Shown here piece by piece: positions 20,338 to 30,473 of a stretch of DNA of 64,000 nucleotides (positions are counted from its first letter, which is position 1; the number at the start of each line of letters is the position of its first letter). The position numbers and the translations under genes were made by a program. The stretch lies in assembly GCA_963727625.1 (NCBI GenBank), contig CAVSHR010000004.1, forward strand, positions 288,001-352,000. The letters are read 5' to 3'. The notes beneath the pieces are model-generated. The model was not told where the DNA came from. It searched no databases and was given only the letters and a program-made list of their open reading frames with translations. Source of the stretch: an uncultured delta proteobacterium. Lineage in GTDB: Bacteria > Desulfobacterota > Binatia > UBA9968.

Positions 20338-20898
20338 CTAACCAACCGCCGCCGCGGCGACGGGTTCAAGCGAAATTCTGTCGCCGACACTGATCACGCC
20401 GTCGCTCAAAATTTCTGCTTTAAGTCCGCTGCGATGATGCAAGGCCGGAAAGATTTTCGGCAGCTTGGTGACACTTACTAAATGACCGCAGGGCTCGAAT
20501 AAGCGGATGCCGCGCATGCGCACACCGCCGATGGTAAATTCCCGATGCAATAAACCGATCAGCGGCACGCCGCGGGTGACGACGTTGCGCCGGGTCAGGT
20601 CGGCAATGGATTCGACGCCCAGCTCCCGTGCGGCAAGCTCGAGAGTTTCGGCTTCGATCAGGCTCAACGCCTTGTCCGGCCGCTTGACTTGGTTCCAGGA
20701 GTCGCGGAAGAACCTATCCCCTTCCAAGCCGCGGTCGGCAAATGCGCGCACGCTGGACCGTGACACCATCGCTCCGGCGGATACGGGCGCGATGAATAGC
20801 GCCGCCACTCGGCCCTGCCAGGCCGGTGTGGCGGATTTGAACCCGCGCCACAATTTTGGATCCATTTCTTCCGGCATCGCTCGGATTTCTTGCGCCAT
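20338..20898 (-). CDS. MOSC domain protein
   Basis: GLEGDRF; TRRNVVTRG; EPCGHL; GL.AEILSDG.I.VGD. Confidence 0.88.
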   Translation of the reverse strand: MAQEIRAMPEEMDPKLWRGFKSATPAWQGRVAALFIAPVSAGAMVSRSSVRAFADRGLEGDRFFRDSWNQVKRPDKALSLIEAETLELAARELGVESIADLTRRNVVTRGVPLIGLLHREFTIGGVRMRGIRLFEPCGHLVSVTKLPKIFPALHHRSGLKAEILSDGVISVGDRISLEPVAAAAVG

Positions 20899-20915
20899 AG
20901 AGTCTCCTCAAAACG

Positions 20916-20947
20916 ACGCCGGCCACTGAAAGATCAGTGGCCGGCGT
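20916..20947 (-). terminator. Hairpin / terminator between cupin and MOSC genes
   Basis: Perfect 14-bp stem acgccggccactga-aaga-tcagtggccggcgt followed by cgtttt on the minus strand. Confidence 0.65.
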
Positions 20948-20980
20948 AGGCAACATATGGTTTAACCGCGCCCTCGACGC

Positions 20981-21463
20981 TTACCCCGCCGAGTTGGCAA
21001 AAAACCTCGTGTCTTCGATCGGCGCCACAGTCTTATTTTCCGCGGAATCGGCGAGCAGCGGCTTGCCATCCGGACGCACGCGCATCTCGACGCCGCCCTG
21101 AGGTTTTCCCTTGATGCCCGCTCCGACGCGGATCACGACCAAATTTTCCTTGCCGGTATTGTGATAGCGATAGTAGGCGCCTTTGGGAATCATCACGCCC
21201 TGGTGTTTTTCGACCTTGATCTCGTTGCCCTTTTCATCGAAGACGCTCATCTGGCCCTCGAGCACGATGAACGAATGGTCTTCGTCGAGATGACAGTGAA
21301 TCTCGTTCTCGCCGCCCTCGTAGTTGATCTTGGTATGAATCCACAGATTTTCGGTTTCCGCCACCAGCTGGGTGATTCGACCCTGCTTCATGTACGGGGT
21401 GCGCAGCGAAAATTTTTGCGTCTTCGGTTTCTCAGTAGGTTCTAATTTTCTTGCGGTTTGCAT
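20981..21463 (-). CDS. Cupin domain protein
   Basis: GGENEIHCHLDEDHSFIVLEG; MIPKGAYY; SD GAAGGGAG before ATG 21463. Confidence 0.85.
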   Translation of the reverse strand: MQTARKLEPTEKPKTQKFSLRTPYMKQGRITQLVAETENLWIHTKINYEGGENEIHCHLDEDHSFIVLEGQMSVFDEKGNEIKVEKHQGVMIPKGAYYRYHNTGKENLVVIRVGAGIKGKPQGGVEMRVRPDGKPLLADSAENKTVAPIEDTRFFANSAG

Positions 21464-21491
21464 GATGGCTCCCTTCAAATTGATTTCTGCT

Positions 21492-22553
21492 TTAGGCGTT
21501 TACGCCGTCGACCTTTAGGTGGTAAAGGTCGATCACATTGCTGCGCACGACTTTGTCGATGACTGGCTTCGCCAGATGGCCGAGCTCATCGGCGATGACC
21601 TGGCGCGAATGCGGCCACGTCGACGCGGCATGCGGATAATCGCTCGACCACATAAAATTATCTTCGCCGAACCAGTCCATCATACGCCCGCCCGCCGGGT
21701 CGCTGAAGAAGGTCGCGAAAACTTGCTCTTGCACGTACTCGCTCGGGAGTTTCTTCATGTAAGGCAGCGGCGCTTTGGGGCTGTGACGGATAAAATACTT
21801 ATCCCACTCGTGGCAATAGAACGGAATCCAGCCCACTTCATTTTCCACGTAGACGAGTTTTAGTCTTGGAAACTTTGCCAACGCTCCGCCGAAGACGAAA
21901 TCGAACAAGACGTTGGCGGCGTCGGTGAGTTTCTGGTTTACGGTCATGCGGTAAGTGTCCAAGCCCTTGCGATCGAAACGGCTGTAATTGAATCCGGTCA
22001 GGATGTGCACGTTGACCGGCATGTCGAGCTCGGAGGCCGCCTCCCAGAAGGGGTAGTAGTAGTCGCTCGTAAACGGCAAATGCTCGGGCGGCACCTGCCA
22101 TATCATGCAGCCGATCATCCCCTGCTTCTTGCAGCGCTCGAGCTCCTTGATGGCATTCGGAATGTTGTACATCGAGATCATCGGAATCCCGAATAGCCGC
22201 CCCGGGGCGGATTGGCAATAATCGATCATCCAATCATTGGCGATTTGAAAACAGGATTCCTGCAGATCGGCGTCTTCCAACGCGTAAAGCCGAAGTCCGT
22301 GCGTTGCGTATAAAACTTCGGCGCTGACACCGTCTACCGCCATCTCATCCAAGCGCGCTTTTGGGTCGTGACCGCCTGGCTTCTCACCCGCGGTGTTTCG
22401 AGGCGGAAACTTTGGAAATTTAGTACGGAGGCTAGGTGTCAGGTTGGCATCCCAAAGATCTGGCGGCTCCATGATATGGGAGTCTGAAGAGATAATTTTG
22501 TCTTTTCCTAAAACTTGTTCCGCGGTTCGTTTAACCGCAGCGGCCGTGCTCAT
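21492..22553 (-). CDS. Amidohydrolase_2 family protein
   Basis: ISSDSHIMEP; PVNVHILTG; ENEVGWIP; MWSSDYPH; SD GGAGGA supports ATG 22553. Confidence 0.9.
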   Translation of the reverse strand: MSTAAAVKRTAEQVLGKDKIISSDSHIMEPPDLWDANLTPSLRTKFPKFPPRNTAGEKPGGHDPKARLDEMAVDGVSAEVLYATHGLRLYALEDADLQESCFQIANDWMIDYCQSAPGRLFGIPMISMYNIPNAIKELERCKKQGMIGCMIWQVPPEHLPFTSDYYYPFWEAASELDMPVNVHILTGFNYSRFDRKGLDTYRMTVNQKLTDAANVLFDFVFGGALAKFPRLKLVYVENEVGWIPFYCHEWDKYFIRHSPKAPLPYMKKLPSEYVQEQVFATFFSDPAGGRMMDWFGEDNFMWSSDYPHAASTWPHSRQVIADELGHLAKPVIDKVVRSNVIDLYHLKVDGVNA

Positions 22554-22701
22554 AGATTGTCCTCCTATAGTAGGCGTTAGGTCCGTAATTTCTTTAACCA
22601 TTATTCCTTTTTGCGATTTTTGTCCAGCGCCGTGAAGCGGCAGTAAGGATACGGCCCCAAAGCAAGTGGACATTGGCCATGGCATACGTTAAAGATTTTC
22701 A

Positions 22702-23553
22702 GTGATGGTAAAGACGACCCTAATTTTTGGCAGCTGGCTTTTCCTTGCTCTTCTTATTACGCCCGCAGCGCACCCCGGCGAGGCCCAAAACGCCTTTAAC
22801 GAAGGCGTGAAATTTTACCACGCGGGAAAGTTTAAAGAAGCTGTCAGTGCATTCAGCCGCGCGATCAAAGTCTCGCCGAAGGCGGACGAAGCCTATAACA
22901 ACCGCGGCCTGGCCTATTTCAAACTCGGCCAAATCGACGACGCGATCAAAGACTACGACGAAGCGTTGAAGCTCAACGGCAAATTGACCGACGCATACTT
23001 CAACCGCGGCAACACCCATTTCGCAGGGAAACAGTACGCCCGCGCCTTGGCGGATTTTGACGAGGTCGTAAAGCTCGACCCCAAGACGCCTAAGGCCCAC
23101 CGGCAACGCGGCCTGACGTATATAGCCCTCGACCAGTTCGAAAAGGCGATCGTGGATTTCAATCAGGCGCAGAAGTTGGATCCCAAAGACCCTGAAATTT
23201 ACTACAGCCGCGGACTCGCCTACCGCCGTCTAGGCAAATACGAACAGGCCTTGCAGGACTATTCCGCGGCGATCAAGCTCTCGCCCAAAAACGCCGAAAC
23301 CTATAACAACCGCGCCAATGTCTACTCCCTGCTCGGAAAGTATGACGCCGCGGTCAAGGACTACGACGAGGCGGTCAAGCTAGAGCCAAAGAACGCGCGC
23401 ATCTACGCCAACCGCGGCGCGATCAAATTGCGTCAGCAAAATAACGATGATGCGCGAAAAGACTTCAAAAAAGCCTTGGAGTTGGAGCCGGGACTGAAAG
23501 CCAAACTAAACCCGCTGATAACCGCCGCCGAAAAGGCGCCGGCGCGACGGTGA
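22702..23553 (+). CDS. Exported tetratricopeptide repeat protein (about 7 TPRs)
   Basis: Signal peptide; repeated AYxNRG..Y..A..D(Y/F)..A..L.P 34-aa units. Confidence 0.92.
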   Translation: MMVKTTLIFGSWLFLALLITPAAHPGEAQNAFNEGVKFYHAGKFKEAVSAFSRAIKVSPKADEAYNNRGLAYFKLGQIDDAIKDYDEALKLNGKLTDAYFNRGNTHFAGKQYARALADFDEVVKLDPKTPKAHRQRGLTYIALDQFEKAIVDFNQAQKLDPKDPEIYYSRGLAYRRLGKYEQALQDYSAAIKLSPKNAETYNNRANVYSLLGKYDAAVKDYDEAVKLEPKNARIYANRGAIKLRQQNNDDARKDFKKALELEPGLKAKLNPLITAAEKAPARR

Positions 23554-23560
23554 TGGTCTC

Positions 23561-24613
23561 ATGAGAAATACCTCGATTTTTCTGTTGCTGGTTGTGGCGG
23601 CACTCTGCGGTTTAAGCAAACCGAGTTGGCCCGCCGAAGCGCGGGACCCCCTCAAAACCGCCCTCGATCTTCACGATGCCGGCAAACTAAAAGAAGCAAT
23701 CATCGAATACAGCAAGTTGATCACAAGCGATCCTAAGCTTGGCGCGGCTTATTTTAATCGCGGCAACGCATACTACGATCTTGGCGAGGACCGGCAGGCA
23801 ATCAGGGATTACACCCAGGCGCTACGCATCAATCCAAAGGACGCCGAGGCGTTTTATAATCGCGGCAACGCCTATCGGCGCTTGAAGCAAGCGCAGGCGG
23901 CGCTCAACGACTACGGTGCCGCGATCAAATTGAATTCCGACGACGTTCGCAGCTACACCAACCGGGGCAGCCTGTACTTCGACGCCCGCCGCTACGAGGC
24001 GGCGGCGAAAGATTTTAGCGAAGCGATCCGCATCGATCCCAAGGACGCGCAGAACTATTACAACCGCGGCAACGCCTATCTTGCTCTGAATAATAAAGAT
24101 CAAGCGATCCGCGACTACGACGCCGCCTTGAGCCGCGACCGCAAGCTCGCCGAGGCCTATTACAATCGCGGAATCGCCTATGCGGAGATAAAAAAATATG
24201 AAGACGCCATCCGTGACTTCGATGCGACGCTGCGTTTTCGTCCGCAGTCGGCCGAGGCCTTCTACAATCGTGGTTTGGCGAAGATGAAGCTCGGCAAGTT
24301 CGAGGATTCCATCGAAGACTACAGCGAAGCGATGCGCATCAACCCCAAGGACCCGGAGGCGCCATTCAACCGCGGCTTGGCCTATTTGCGCGCCGACAAA
24401 TACGATTACGCCGCGCGTGACTTTACCGAGGTGATTATGCTGCAACCCAAGAACGCCGACGCCTACGTATACCGCGGCATTATTCGGGTTTATCAAGGCA
24501 AAGAAAAAGAGGCGGACGGCGATTTCCAAAAAGCCTTCCGCCTCGAACCCGGCCTCAAGAAGAAAATCCAACCGATCGTCGACGAGGCGAAGGCCAAAGC
24601 AAAGGTCAAGTGA
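23561..24613 (+). CDS. Exported tetratricopeptide repeat protein (about 9 TPRs)
   Basis: Signal peptide; repeated (Y/F)NRG units; 7-nt gap to the upstream TPR gene. Confidence 0.92.
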   Translation: MRNTSIFLLLVVAALCGLSKPSWPAEARDPLKTALDLHDAGKLKEAIIEYSKLITSDPKLGAAYFNRGNAYYDLGEDRQAIRDYTQALRINPKDAEAFYNRGNAYRRLKQAQAALNDYGAAIKLNSDDVRSYTNRGSLYFDARRYEAAAKDFSEAIRIDPKDAQNYYNRGNAYLALNNKDQAIRDYDAALSRDRKLAEAYYNRGIAYAEIKKYEDAIRDFDATLRFRPQSAEAFYNRGLAKMKLGKFEDSIEDYSEAMRINPKDPEAPFNRGLAYLRADKYDYAARDFTEVIMLQPKNADAYVYRGIIRVYQGKEKEADGDFQKAFRLEPGLKKKIQPIVDEAKAKAKVK

Positions 24614-24771
24614 TGTGCGCTCGAGCGCGGGCTATAAAAACTACGCTATCGCGCTTTGAAGTTCGGTTATCGTCGCGATGGCGCGACCGATGAGAAAAAT
24701 CGCTCTAAAATCAATCAACCGTCGGCACGCTTAAACGACCGCGACTCGTCAAGCGAAGAAAGAAGTCATCG

Positions 24772-26364
24772 ATGGGTGAAACTCGCGTCGATTTATTACA
24801 CCTTCTAGAAGATTTGCGGGATGCCTACCCCGGCTCGCTTGAGGAAACCATTCTGACCGAGATCATGGCCAACGCCCTGGATTCAGGGGCATCGATGATT
24901 TCGTTTTTTCCCGATCCCGCGCAAAGCGCAATTACGGTCATCGATAACGGCTCTGGCATGCAACGGCGCGACCTAGCGCGGTTTCATGACATCGCGGCAA
25001 GCCGCAAGCTGCGCGGCCAGGGCATCGGCTTCGCCGGTGTTGGGATCAAGCTCGGCCTGCTGGTTTGCGACGAAGTTTTAACTGAAACCCGACGCGGCAA
25101 AAATCATGTCGCGACCAGTTGGCGCATGGCATCGCGCCATCGGGCGCCGTGGAAGTGGACGCCAACTGCCGATCTGGTCGCCGAACGCGGCACCGCCGTG
25201 CGCCTCAAGCTGCGCAATCCGCTCTCCCCTCTGCTTGATCCGGGATTTGTCGAGGCAACCATCCGACGCCACTTCGAGCCGCTGCTCAATCCCGCTTTCG
25301 AAGACTTTCTCTTGTCGCATTATCCCAAAGGCATCGCGATCCAAATCAACTTCCGCCGCATGGAGCGACGCCGCACATCGGCGCCGCTGCATGCGCCGCT
25401 GGAAATCCGCATGCTGCGCAAACGCAAGCCCTCGGCGCTCGGTTATTTATTTCGCGATGACAACGCCCTTCCGGAGTATCGCCGCGGCTTGGCGATCAGC
25501 ACCTACGGCAAGGTGATCCGGCGCGGCTGGGACTGGCTCGGCATGACACCGGCTGCGCCCGAACGAATCGGCGGCTTGATCGAAGTACCGGCATTGGCCG
25601 CTTGCCTCACTCTTAACAAAGGTGACTTTATCCGTACCGGTGCGCGCGGCGCGACTTATTTGGCCTTTCGCAAGGCGATTCAGCAGGCGCTGGCCAATCA
25701 GCTTGCCGAATGGGGCGACGCGCAGCCGATCAACCAACAAGCGCCGCCGCGCGAAGTGCGGCCTTTGCAGCGCGATCTGGTGCATCTGCTCGAGGAGCTA
25801 ACTGTAGACTTTCCGTTGCTATCCAGCCTGGTTGAACGGCGGGCCGGCGGGCAAAAACGCTTGCCGTTCGGTGGCCGAGGAGATAATGCGGACGGGCGCA
25901 GCTTCGTCGCCGCTTCGGTCAGCTCGATGGGAGAGCCCGGCGAAAATCAGAGAGCCGAAGAAACTCCTGACGGCGCACAGAGGACCCAGACGGAAAACCC
26001 AAGCGTAAACGAACCCGAGACGGATATGAGCCATCCGAAGTCAGACGTACAGCTGCCGGGTCAAACCGCCGCGCGCCGCCCGGCGCACTATGGGCTGGAT
26101 ATTCAATTCGACGATCGCCCGGAAGATCCAAATCTCGGCCGCTTGATTGAATCGACTGTCTGGGTCAATCGCGCTCATCCGGCGTACCGGCGCGCGCTCG
26201 CATCACGCTCTATCGGTTATCACATTGCGCTCACCGTCGCGTTATCCCTGGCGCCCCTCGCCGTGGAACTGGCCCAGCAAACTGAGTTCGTGCTGGCTTT
26301 TCTGTCCCGGTGGGGTGAAGCCATCGACAAGCGTGTTGCCGGGCGTCGCTTCGGACCAGGCTAA
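24772..26364 (+). CDS. GHKL-family ATPase, MORC/HATPase_c_3-like
   Basis: Bergerat motifs EIMANALDSGA, IDNGSGM, GIGFAGVGIK, RGTAV; C-terminal VWVNRAHPAY. Confidence 0.8.
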   Translation: MGETRVDLLHLLEDLRDAYPGSLEETILTEIMANALDSGASMISFFPDPAQSAITVIDNGSGMQRRDLARFHDIAASRKLRGQGIGFAGVGIKLGLLVCDEVLTETRRGKNHVATSWRMASRHRAPWKWTPTADLVAERGTAVRLKLRNPLSPLLDPGFVEATIRRHFEPLLNPAFEDFLLSHYPKGIAIQINFRRMERRRTSAPLHAPLEIRMLRKRKPSALGYLFRDDNALPEYRRGLAISTYGKVIRRGWDWLGMTPAAPERIGGLIEVPALAACLTLNKGDFIRTGARGATYLAFRKAIQQALANQLAEWGDAQPINQQAPPREVRPLQRDLVHLLEELTVDFPLLSSLVERRAGGQKRLPFGGRGDNADGRSFVAASVSSMGEPGENQRAEETPDGAQRTQTENPSVNEPETDMSHPKSDVQLPGQTAARRPAHYGLDIQFDDRPEDPNLGRLIESTVWVNRAHPAYRRALASRSIGYHIALTVALSLAPLAVELAQQTEFVLAFLSRWGEAIDKRVAGRRFGPG

Positions 26365-26398
26365 AGCTCTCCCGCTCCGCGATTGTTCGGCGCTGGCT

Positions 26399-27556
26399 TC
26401 AATCGCGCACGACGCTACCGGCGCTCGTGGTGATAAACGCCGCTTTCGCCGGGTCGCGGAGAACTCCTTTGGGGTCGTCTCCCCGCAGCGCTGCTTGAAT
26501 CGCTTTTCTTAAAATTCCTCGAAATATCAGCACGCCTTTGTCGGAACTGACGAGATGCTCCAGGCCGTGCAGCGCAATCGGCCCCTGCCCTTCGACCGCT
26601 TCCTTATCGTCGGGATGGCGCTGGGTGTACTCATAGCTTGTGTTCTTGCGTCCGCCGGGCGCCAGCTGTTCGCGACCGGTAAGAGTGTCGCCTTCGCCGT
26701 CCGCTATCCAGCGAATGCTGGCGCCGAGCTGATGGCTATCGTCCACCGGCACGCAGTAACTCACCGCCCGCACCCGTTCGGTATGGGGCTCGTCGGTGTA
26801 GACCAAATGGATGTTGAGCGGCATGATCATTTCCCAGATGAGTTCCCACCACTTGCCGTTTTCCAATCTGCGCGTGAGCGTGAAACGCATGCCCATCTCG
26901 GTCTCTTCATATTGCAGGGCATCGGGATCGATACCGTACGCCGGCGAAGGGAACTGCGCGCCGCTGTGGCGCGTATGCAGCCAGAAGGTGTGCAGCGCGT
27001 CCATTAGATTTTCTTCGGCCTGGAGCCAATTGCAGTTCACCGGCCCGCCGACCCGCGGCCCCATGCGCGCCTTGAGCTTGCCGCCGGCCATTTGCCAGAC
27101 ATCGTAAAGCGGAAATTCCGGCAGCTTGTCGAGCGGCCCCAGGTAGGCGAATACCAATCCGGCGAACTCGCGCACCGGGTAACAAGGATGCTGGACCTGT
27201 TTTAAATAGGGATTGTGGGCTGGTTCCAGCGGCATTTCCAAGACTTTCCCTTCGACGTCATAGAGCCAGCCGTGATAGCAGCAGCGAAGCCCGCGCTGCT
27301 CGACGCGGCCGTACTCAAGCGAGCTGCCGCGATGGCTGCAGCGCGGAAACAAGACCCCGGCTCTCCCTTCGCCGTCGCGAAAGACGACCAAATCTTCGCC
27401 GAGAATGCGGACTGGTTTTGGCAAATCTCCGAGATCCGCCGATAAACAAACCGGCTGCCAGTAGCGGCGCATCAGCTCGCCGCACGGCGTGCCCGGCCCG
27501 ACCCGCGTGAGCGTGGGATCGGGTTCGGGAATCTCCAGGCCGTAAGCACTTTTCAT
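26399..27556 (-). CDS. Rieske non-heme iron oxygenase alpha subunit (phthalate 4,5-dioxygenase/LigX-like)
   Basis: LTRVGPGTPCGELMRRYWQP; CSHRG..CCYHGW Rieske motif; ENLMDALHTFWLH mononuclear Fe site. Confidence 0.92.
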   Translation of the reverse strand: MKSAYGLEIPEPDPTLTRVGPGTPCGELMRRYWQPVCLSADLGDLPKPVRILGEDLVVFRDGEGRAGVLFPRCSHRGSSLEYGRVEQRGLRCCYHGWLYDVEGKVLEMPLEPAHNPYLKQVQHPCYPVREFAGLVFAYLGPLDKLPEFPLYDVWQMAGGKLKARMGPRVGGPVNCNWLQAEENLMDALHTFWLHTRHSGAQFPSPAYGIDPDALQYEETEMGMRFTLTRRLENGKWWELIWEMIMPLNIHLVYTDEPHTERVRAVSYCVPVDDSHQLGASIRWIADGEGDTLTGREQLAPGGRKNTSYEYTQRHPDDKEAVEGQGPIALHGLEHLVSSDKGVLIFRGILRKAIQAALRGDDPKGVLRDPAKAAFITTSAGSVVRD

Positions 27557-27732
27557 CTCCGCCCCCCTTGGTCGCCGGCTGCCGATGCCGCTCATTGTGC
27601 CGAAAACCGTCGGCTTGCGCGACGGACGAATGATTCAACGGTCAATAAGGCTGGCTGCCTCTGCCACCCCGACCCTATTACTGCAAGCGTGGCAGACAAG
27701 TCAAAGCACGAAGCCAATCAGCAGAATGTTAA

Positions 27733-29064
27733 CTACTTGCGGAGTTGAGAAACCCGGAAGTCTCCATCACGCAAGCCAGCAAGCTGTTCGTCGCGTGTGA
27801 TATCGAAGCGCCGCAATTCCGTACCGGACAACCTTTCATCCGCGAAAATTCGCGCGACGAGATAATCCAATTTCTCCGAGTCTCGTGAAAATTCAAAATG
27901 AAGATGCGGTCCGGTGCTGTGACCCGTATCGCCGACATACCCGATAACATCACCGGCTTTCACTCGTTTGCCGGTCCTCACGTTATCACCAAACGACGAG
28001 AGATGCCCATAGGACGACACGTAGCCGTCGCCGTGATTAATTTCGACGAGATAACCAAACCCACCGTGCCACCCGGCAAACTCGACGACGCCTTGTCCAA
28101 CGGCAACGACGGGCGTACCTTCCACCGCGACATAGTCGATGCCTTCGTGAGGTCGAATTTTGCCGGTCATGGGATCTGGTCGTGCGAGGCCAAAGGTCGA
28201 GGAGATGCGATCGTATTTGAGCGGCGCGGCCAAAAATCGATGCGGCAAGCGGATGCCTTCCGCGTCAAAATATCGTGGTTGGCCACCGATTTCGCCATAT
28301 TCGAACGCGCTGTAGTATTCCCCCGCAACCTTTAACGATACCGCGGCGATGGGCCCAATCGAACGCTGCCCGTCCGCATAAAACCGCTCGGTTACGACAA
28401 TGGCAAACGCGTCGCCTCGCTTGGCAACCTGCAGCAGATCGATGTCAGACTCAAAAATTTTTTGCAGTTGGGTTACGTGTTCCGGGGCAAGGCCGGCACG
28501 CACTGAACTATGCGCGAAGTCATCGCTGACTGTGCCGCGAACCGCTTTGAGCCGCGAGGTGAAAGGCAATGCCCATTGGTCAACCAGCCACCCATCTGCG
28601 CTGGCGTCTGCCCGCACCACTCGTTTCCACACGACCATTTCGAACCCACGCACGCTCGCGTCCTCCGTATCGATCACCAGATCAACCTTTTGTCCAGCGG
28701 GTAGCGTCCGGACATTAAAGAACGGGCGTAGTTTGTCAATCAACTCTTGCGCCGAGGGCAGCTTCAATCCGTGGCGAACCAACAAACTCGCCAGGCTGTC
28801 CCCCGGCGTTATGCGCAAGCTGACTCGTTGTTGGCGCTCATCGGGATTCTGCCCAAAGTTAGAGCTCGTCTGCGCGGGCAAAACCGCCGGGACAGTGGCG
28901 CGGAATAGCAGCCCGAGCAGCGCGAGAAACAGCATCAATATCCGCGCCAGCGAGGCACAAAACAATCGGGCAGGAAATCCGTCGTCCGGAGAAAGCTGCG
29001 TCATTAGGCCTGACATCCTCGAAGATTTCGCACTTTTTGTATAAGACTTTGTCCGAGCGTTCAA
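27733..29064 (-). CDS. M23 family peptidoglycan DD-endopeptidase (MepM/OapA-like); start uncertain
   Basis: HEGIDY (HxxxD); GPHLHFE (HxH); N-terminal TM and GDSL.SLL motif. Confidence 0.88.
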   Translation of the reverse strand: MNARTKSYTKSAKSSRMSGLMTQLSPDDGFPARLFCASLARILMLFLALLGLLFRATVPAVLPAQTSSNFGQNPDERQQRVSLRITPGDSLASLLVRHGLKLPSAQELIDKLRPFFNVRTLPAGQKVDLVIDTEDASVRGFEMVVWKRVVRADASADGWLVDQWALPFTSRLKAVRGTVSDDFAHSSVRAGLAPEHVTQLQKIFESDIDLLQVAKRGDAFAIVVTERFYADGQRSIGPIAAVSLKVAGEYYSAFEYGEIGGQPRYFDAEGIRLPHRFLAAPLKYDRISSTFGLARPDPMTGKIRPHEGIDYVAVEGTPVVAVGQGVVEFAGWHGGFGYLVEINHGDGYVSSYGHLSSFGDNVRTGKRVKAGDVIGYVGDTGHSTGPHLHFEFSRDSEKLDYLVARIFADERLSGTELRRFDITRDEQLAGLRDGDFRVSQLRK

Positions 29065-29205
29065 CCCGTGACAAGTAATTTCTCTTATCGCTTCTAGGAA
29101 TTAATAAGGTTGCCAAAGATTTCATAAAACTGCCAGGTTTTTCATTATCGAACTGTTTAGTCAGTATAGATGGCTTAGCCGGGAAATGGACATTTAGCGA
29201 CATGC

Positions 29206-29234
29206 TTGACAGGTTTAAAGACTCGGCCTAACGT
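29206..29234 (+). promoter_or_regulatory. Putative sigma70 promoter
   Basis: TTGACA-N17-TAACGT upstream of amidohydrolase 29259. Confidence 0.5.
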
Positions 29235-29258
29235 CTGGGCAGCTCGCCAGACACGGTC

Positions 29259-30356
29259 ATGAGGAAGCGCATAATGCCCAACAATTTGACCATTATTGAT
29301 GCGGACGCCCATGTCATCGAGACCGGCAAGACATGGGAGTACCTCTCGGCTTCAGAACAGAAGTTTCGACCGAAACTCTATTCCACTCCCGAAGATCCGA
29401 CTCGGCAATATTGGGTGATCGATGACAAGGTCGCGGGGTTTCGCTTTTCGACTTTAACCGAGCGCGAGCTGCACGAATTCGCCGAGCGCGCGGGGAGAAA
29501 TTTTGAAACGCCGCAAGCGGCGCGTGAGCTCGATGACGTCGATCTGCGTTTGAATCACATGGATGAGTTAGGCATCGATATCCAGGTGCTCCACAACACC
29601 TTTTGGATCGAACGAATCACAACGAGACCTGATGCCGAGGTCGCGCTGTGCCGCAGTTGGAATCGCTGGCTGGCGGATATTTCGAGAAGAAGCCACGGTC
29701 GATTATTTTACTCCTGCGTCGTACCGGCGATGAATATTAATGCAGCCATCGAAGAAGTGAAGTTCGCCAAGGTAAACGGCGGCGCGGCGGTTTGCATGCG
29801 GCCGCTGGAAGGCGACCGTCATCTCTCGGACCCCTATTTCCATCCGCTCTACCGAGTCGCCAGCGATCTCGAAATGGCAATTGCCGTGCACATCGCCAAC
29901 GGCAATCCGGAGAACGCCGATCTCTACCGTCTGGCGCCCGCCGGCCGCTTCGCGCAGTTCCGCGTACCGACCGTGACCGCTTGTTTCGATGTCATTATGA
30001 GCGACCTGCACGACAAGTTCCCCACGCTCCGCTGGGGCTTCATCGAAGCTTCGGCCCAATGGGTGCCATGGATCTATCGCGAGGCGAAAATCCGTTACCG
30101 CGTCGCCAATCGATTTTTTCCGGAAAACCTCTTTGACGCTTACAATATTTTCGTCACCTGCCAAGTCAATGATGATATTCCGTATATCGTACGCTGCGCC
30201 GGCGAAGACCGCTTGGTGATCGGTACCGACTACGGCCACACCGACCCGTCCAGCGCGGTGACCGCGTTAAATGAATTCCAGCGCATGGAAGGTCTCGGCC
30301 CGGCGATCAAAGAAAAAATCCTCTCGCTCAACGCCAAGGCGCTGTACGGGTTCTGA
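29259..30356 (+). CDS. Amidohydrolase_2 family protein
   Basis: IDADAHVIE; FPTLRWGFIEASAQWVP; IGTDYGHTD. Confidence 0.9.
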   Translation: MRKRIMPNNLTIIDADAHVIETGKTWEYLSASEQKFRPKLYSTPEDPTRQYWVIDDKVAGFRFSTLTERELHEFAERAGRNFETPQAARELDDVDLRLNHMDELGIDIQVLHNTFWIERITTRPDAEVALCRSWNRWLADISRRSHGRLFYSCVVPAMNINAAIEEVKFAKVNGGAAVCMRPLEGDRHLSDPYFHPLYRVASDLEMAIAVHIANGNPENADLYRLAPAGRFAQFRVPTVTACFDVIMSDLHDKFPTLRWGFIEASAQWVPWIYREAKIRYRVANRFFPENLFDAYNIFVTCQVNDDIPYIVRCAGEDRLVIGTDYGHTDPSSAVTALNEFQRMEGLGPAIKEKILSLNAKALYGF

Positions 30357-30473
30357 TTAAAGACGAGGAGAGGAGAATCTAGTCGGCCACGTGCGAATCA
30401 CGGCAAGACGCCCGAGGAACGGCGCGCGAAACGAACCGCGGATCACTCTAACGGATGCGGGAAGCGGTGAGAT

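Noticed and set aside
22702-24613. Periodic DNA repeats resembling an array
   Set aside because: 102-nt periodicity from TPR coding repeats, not CRISPR.
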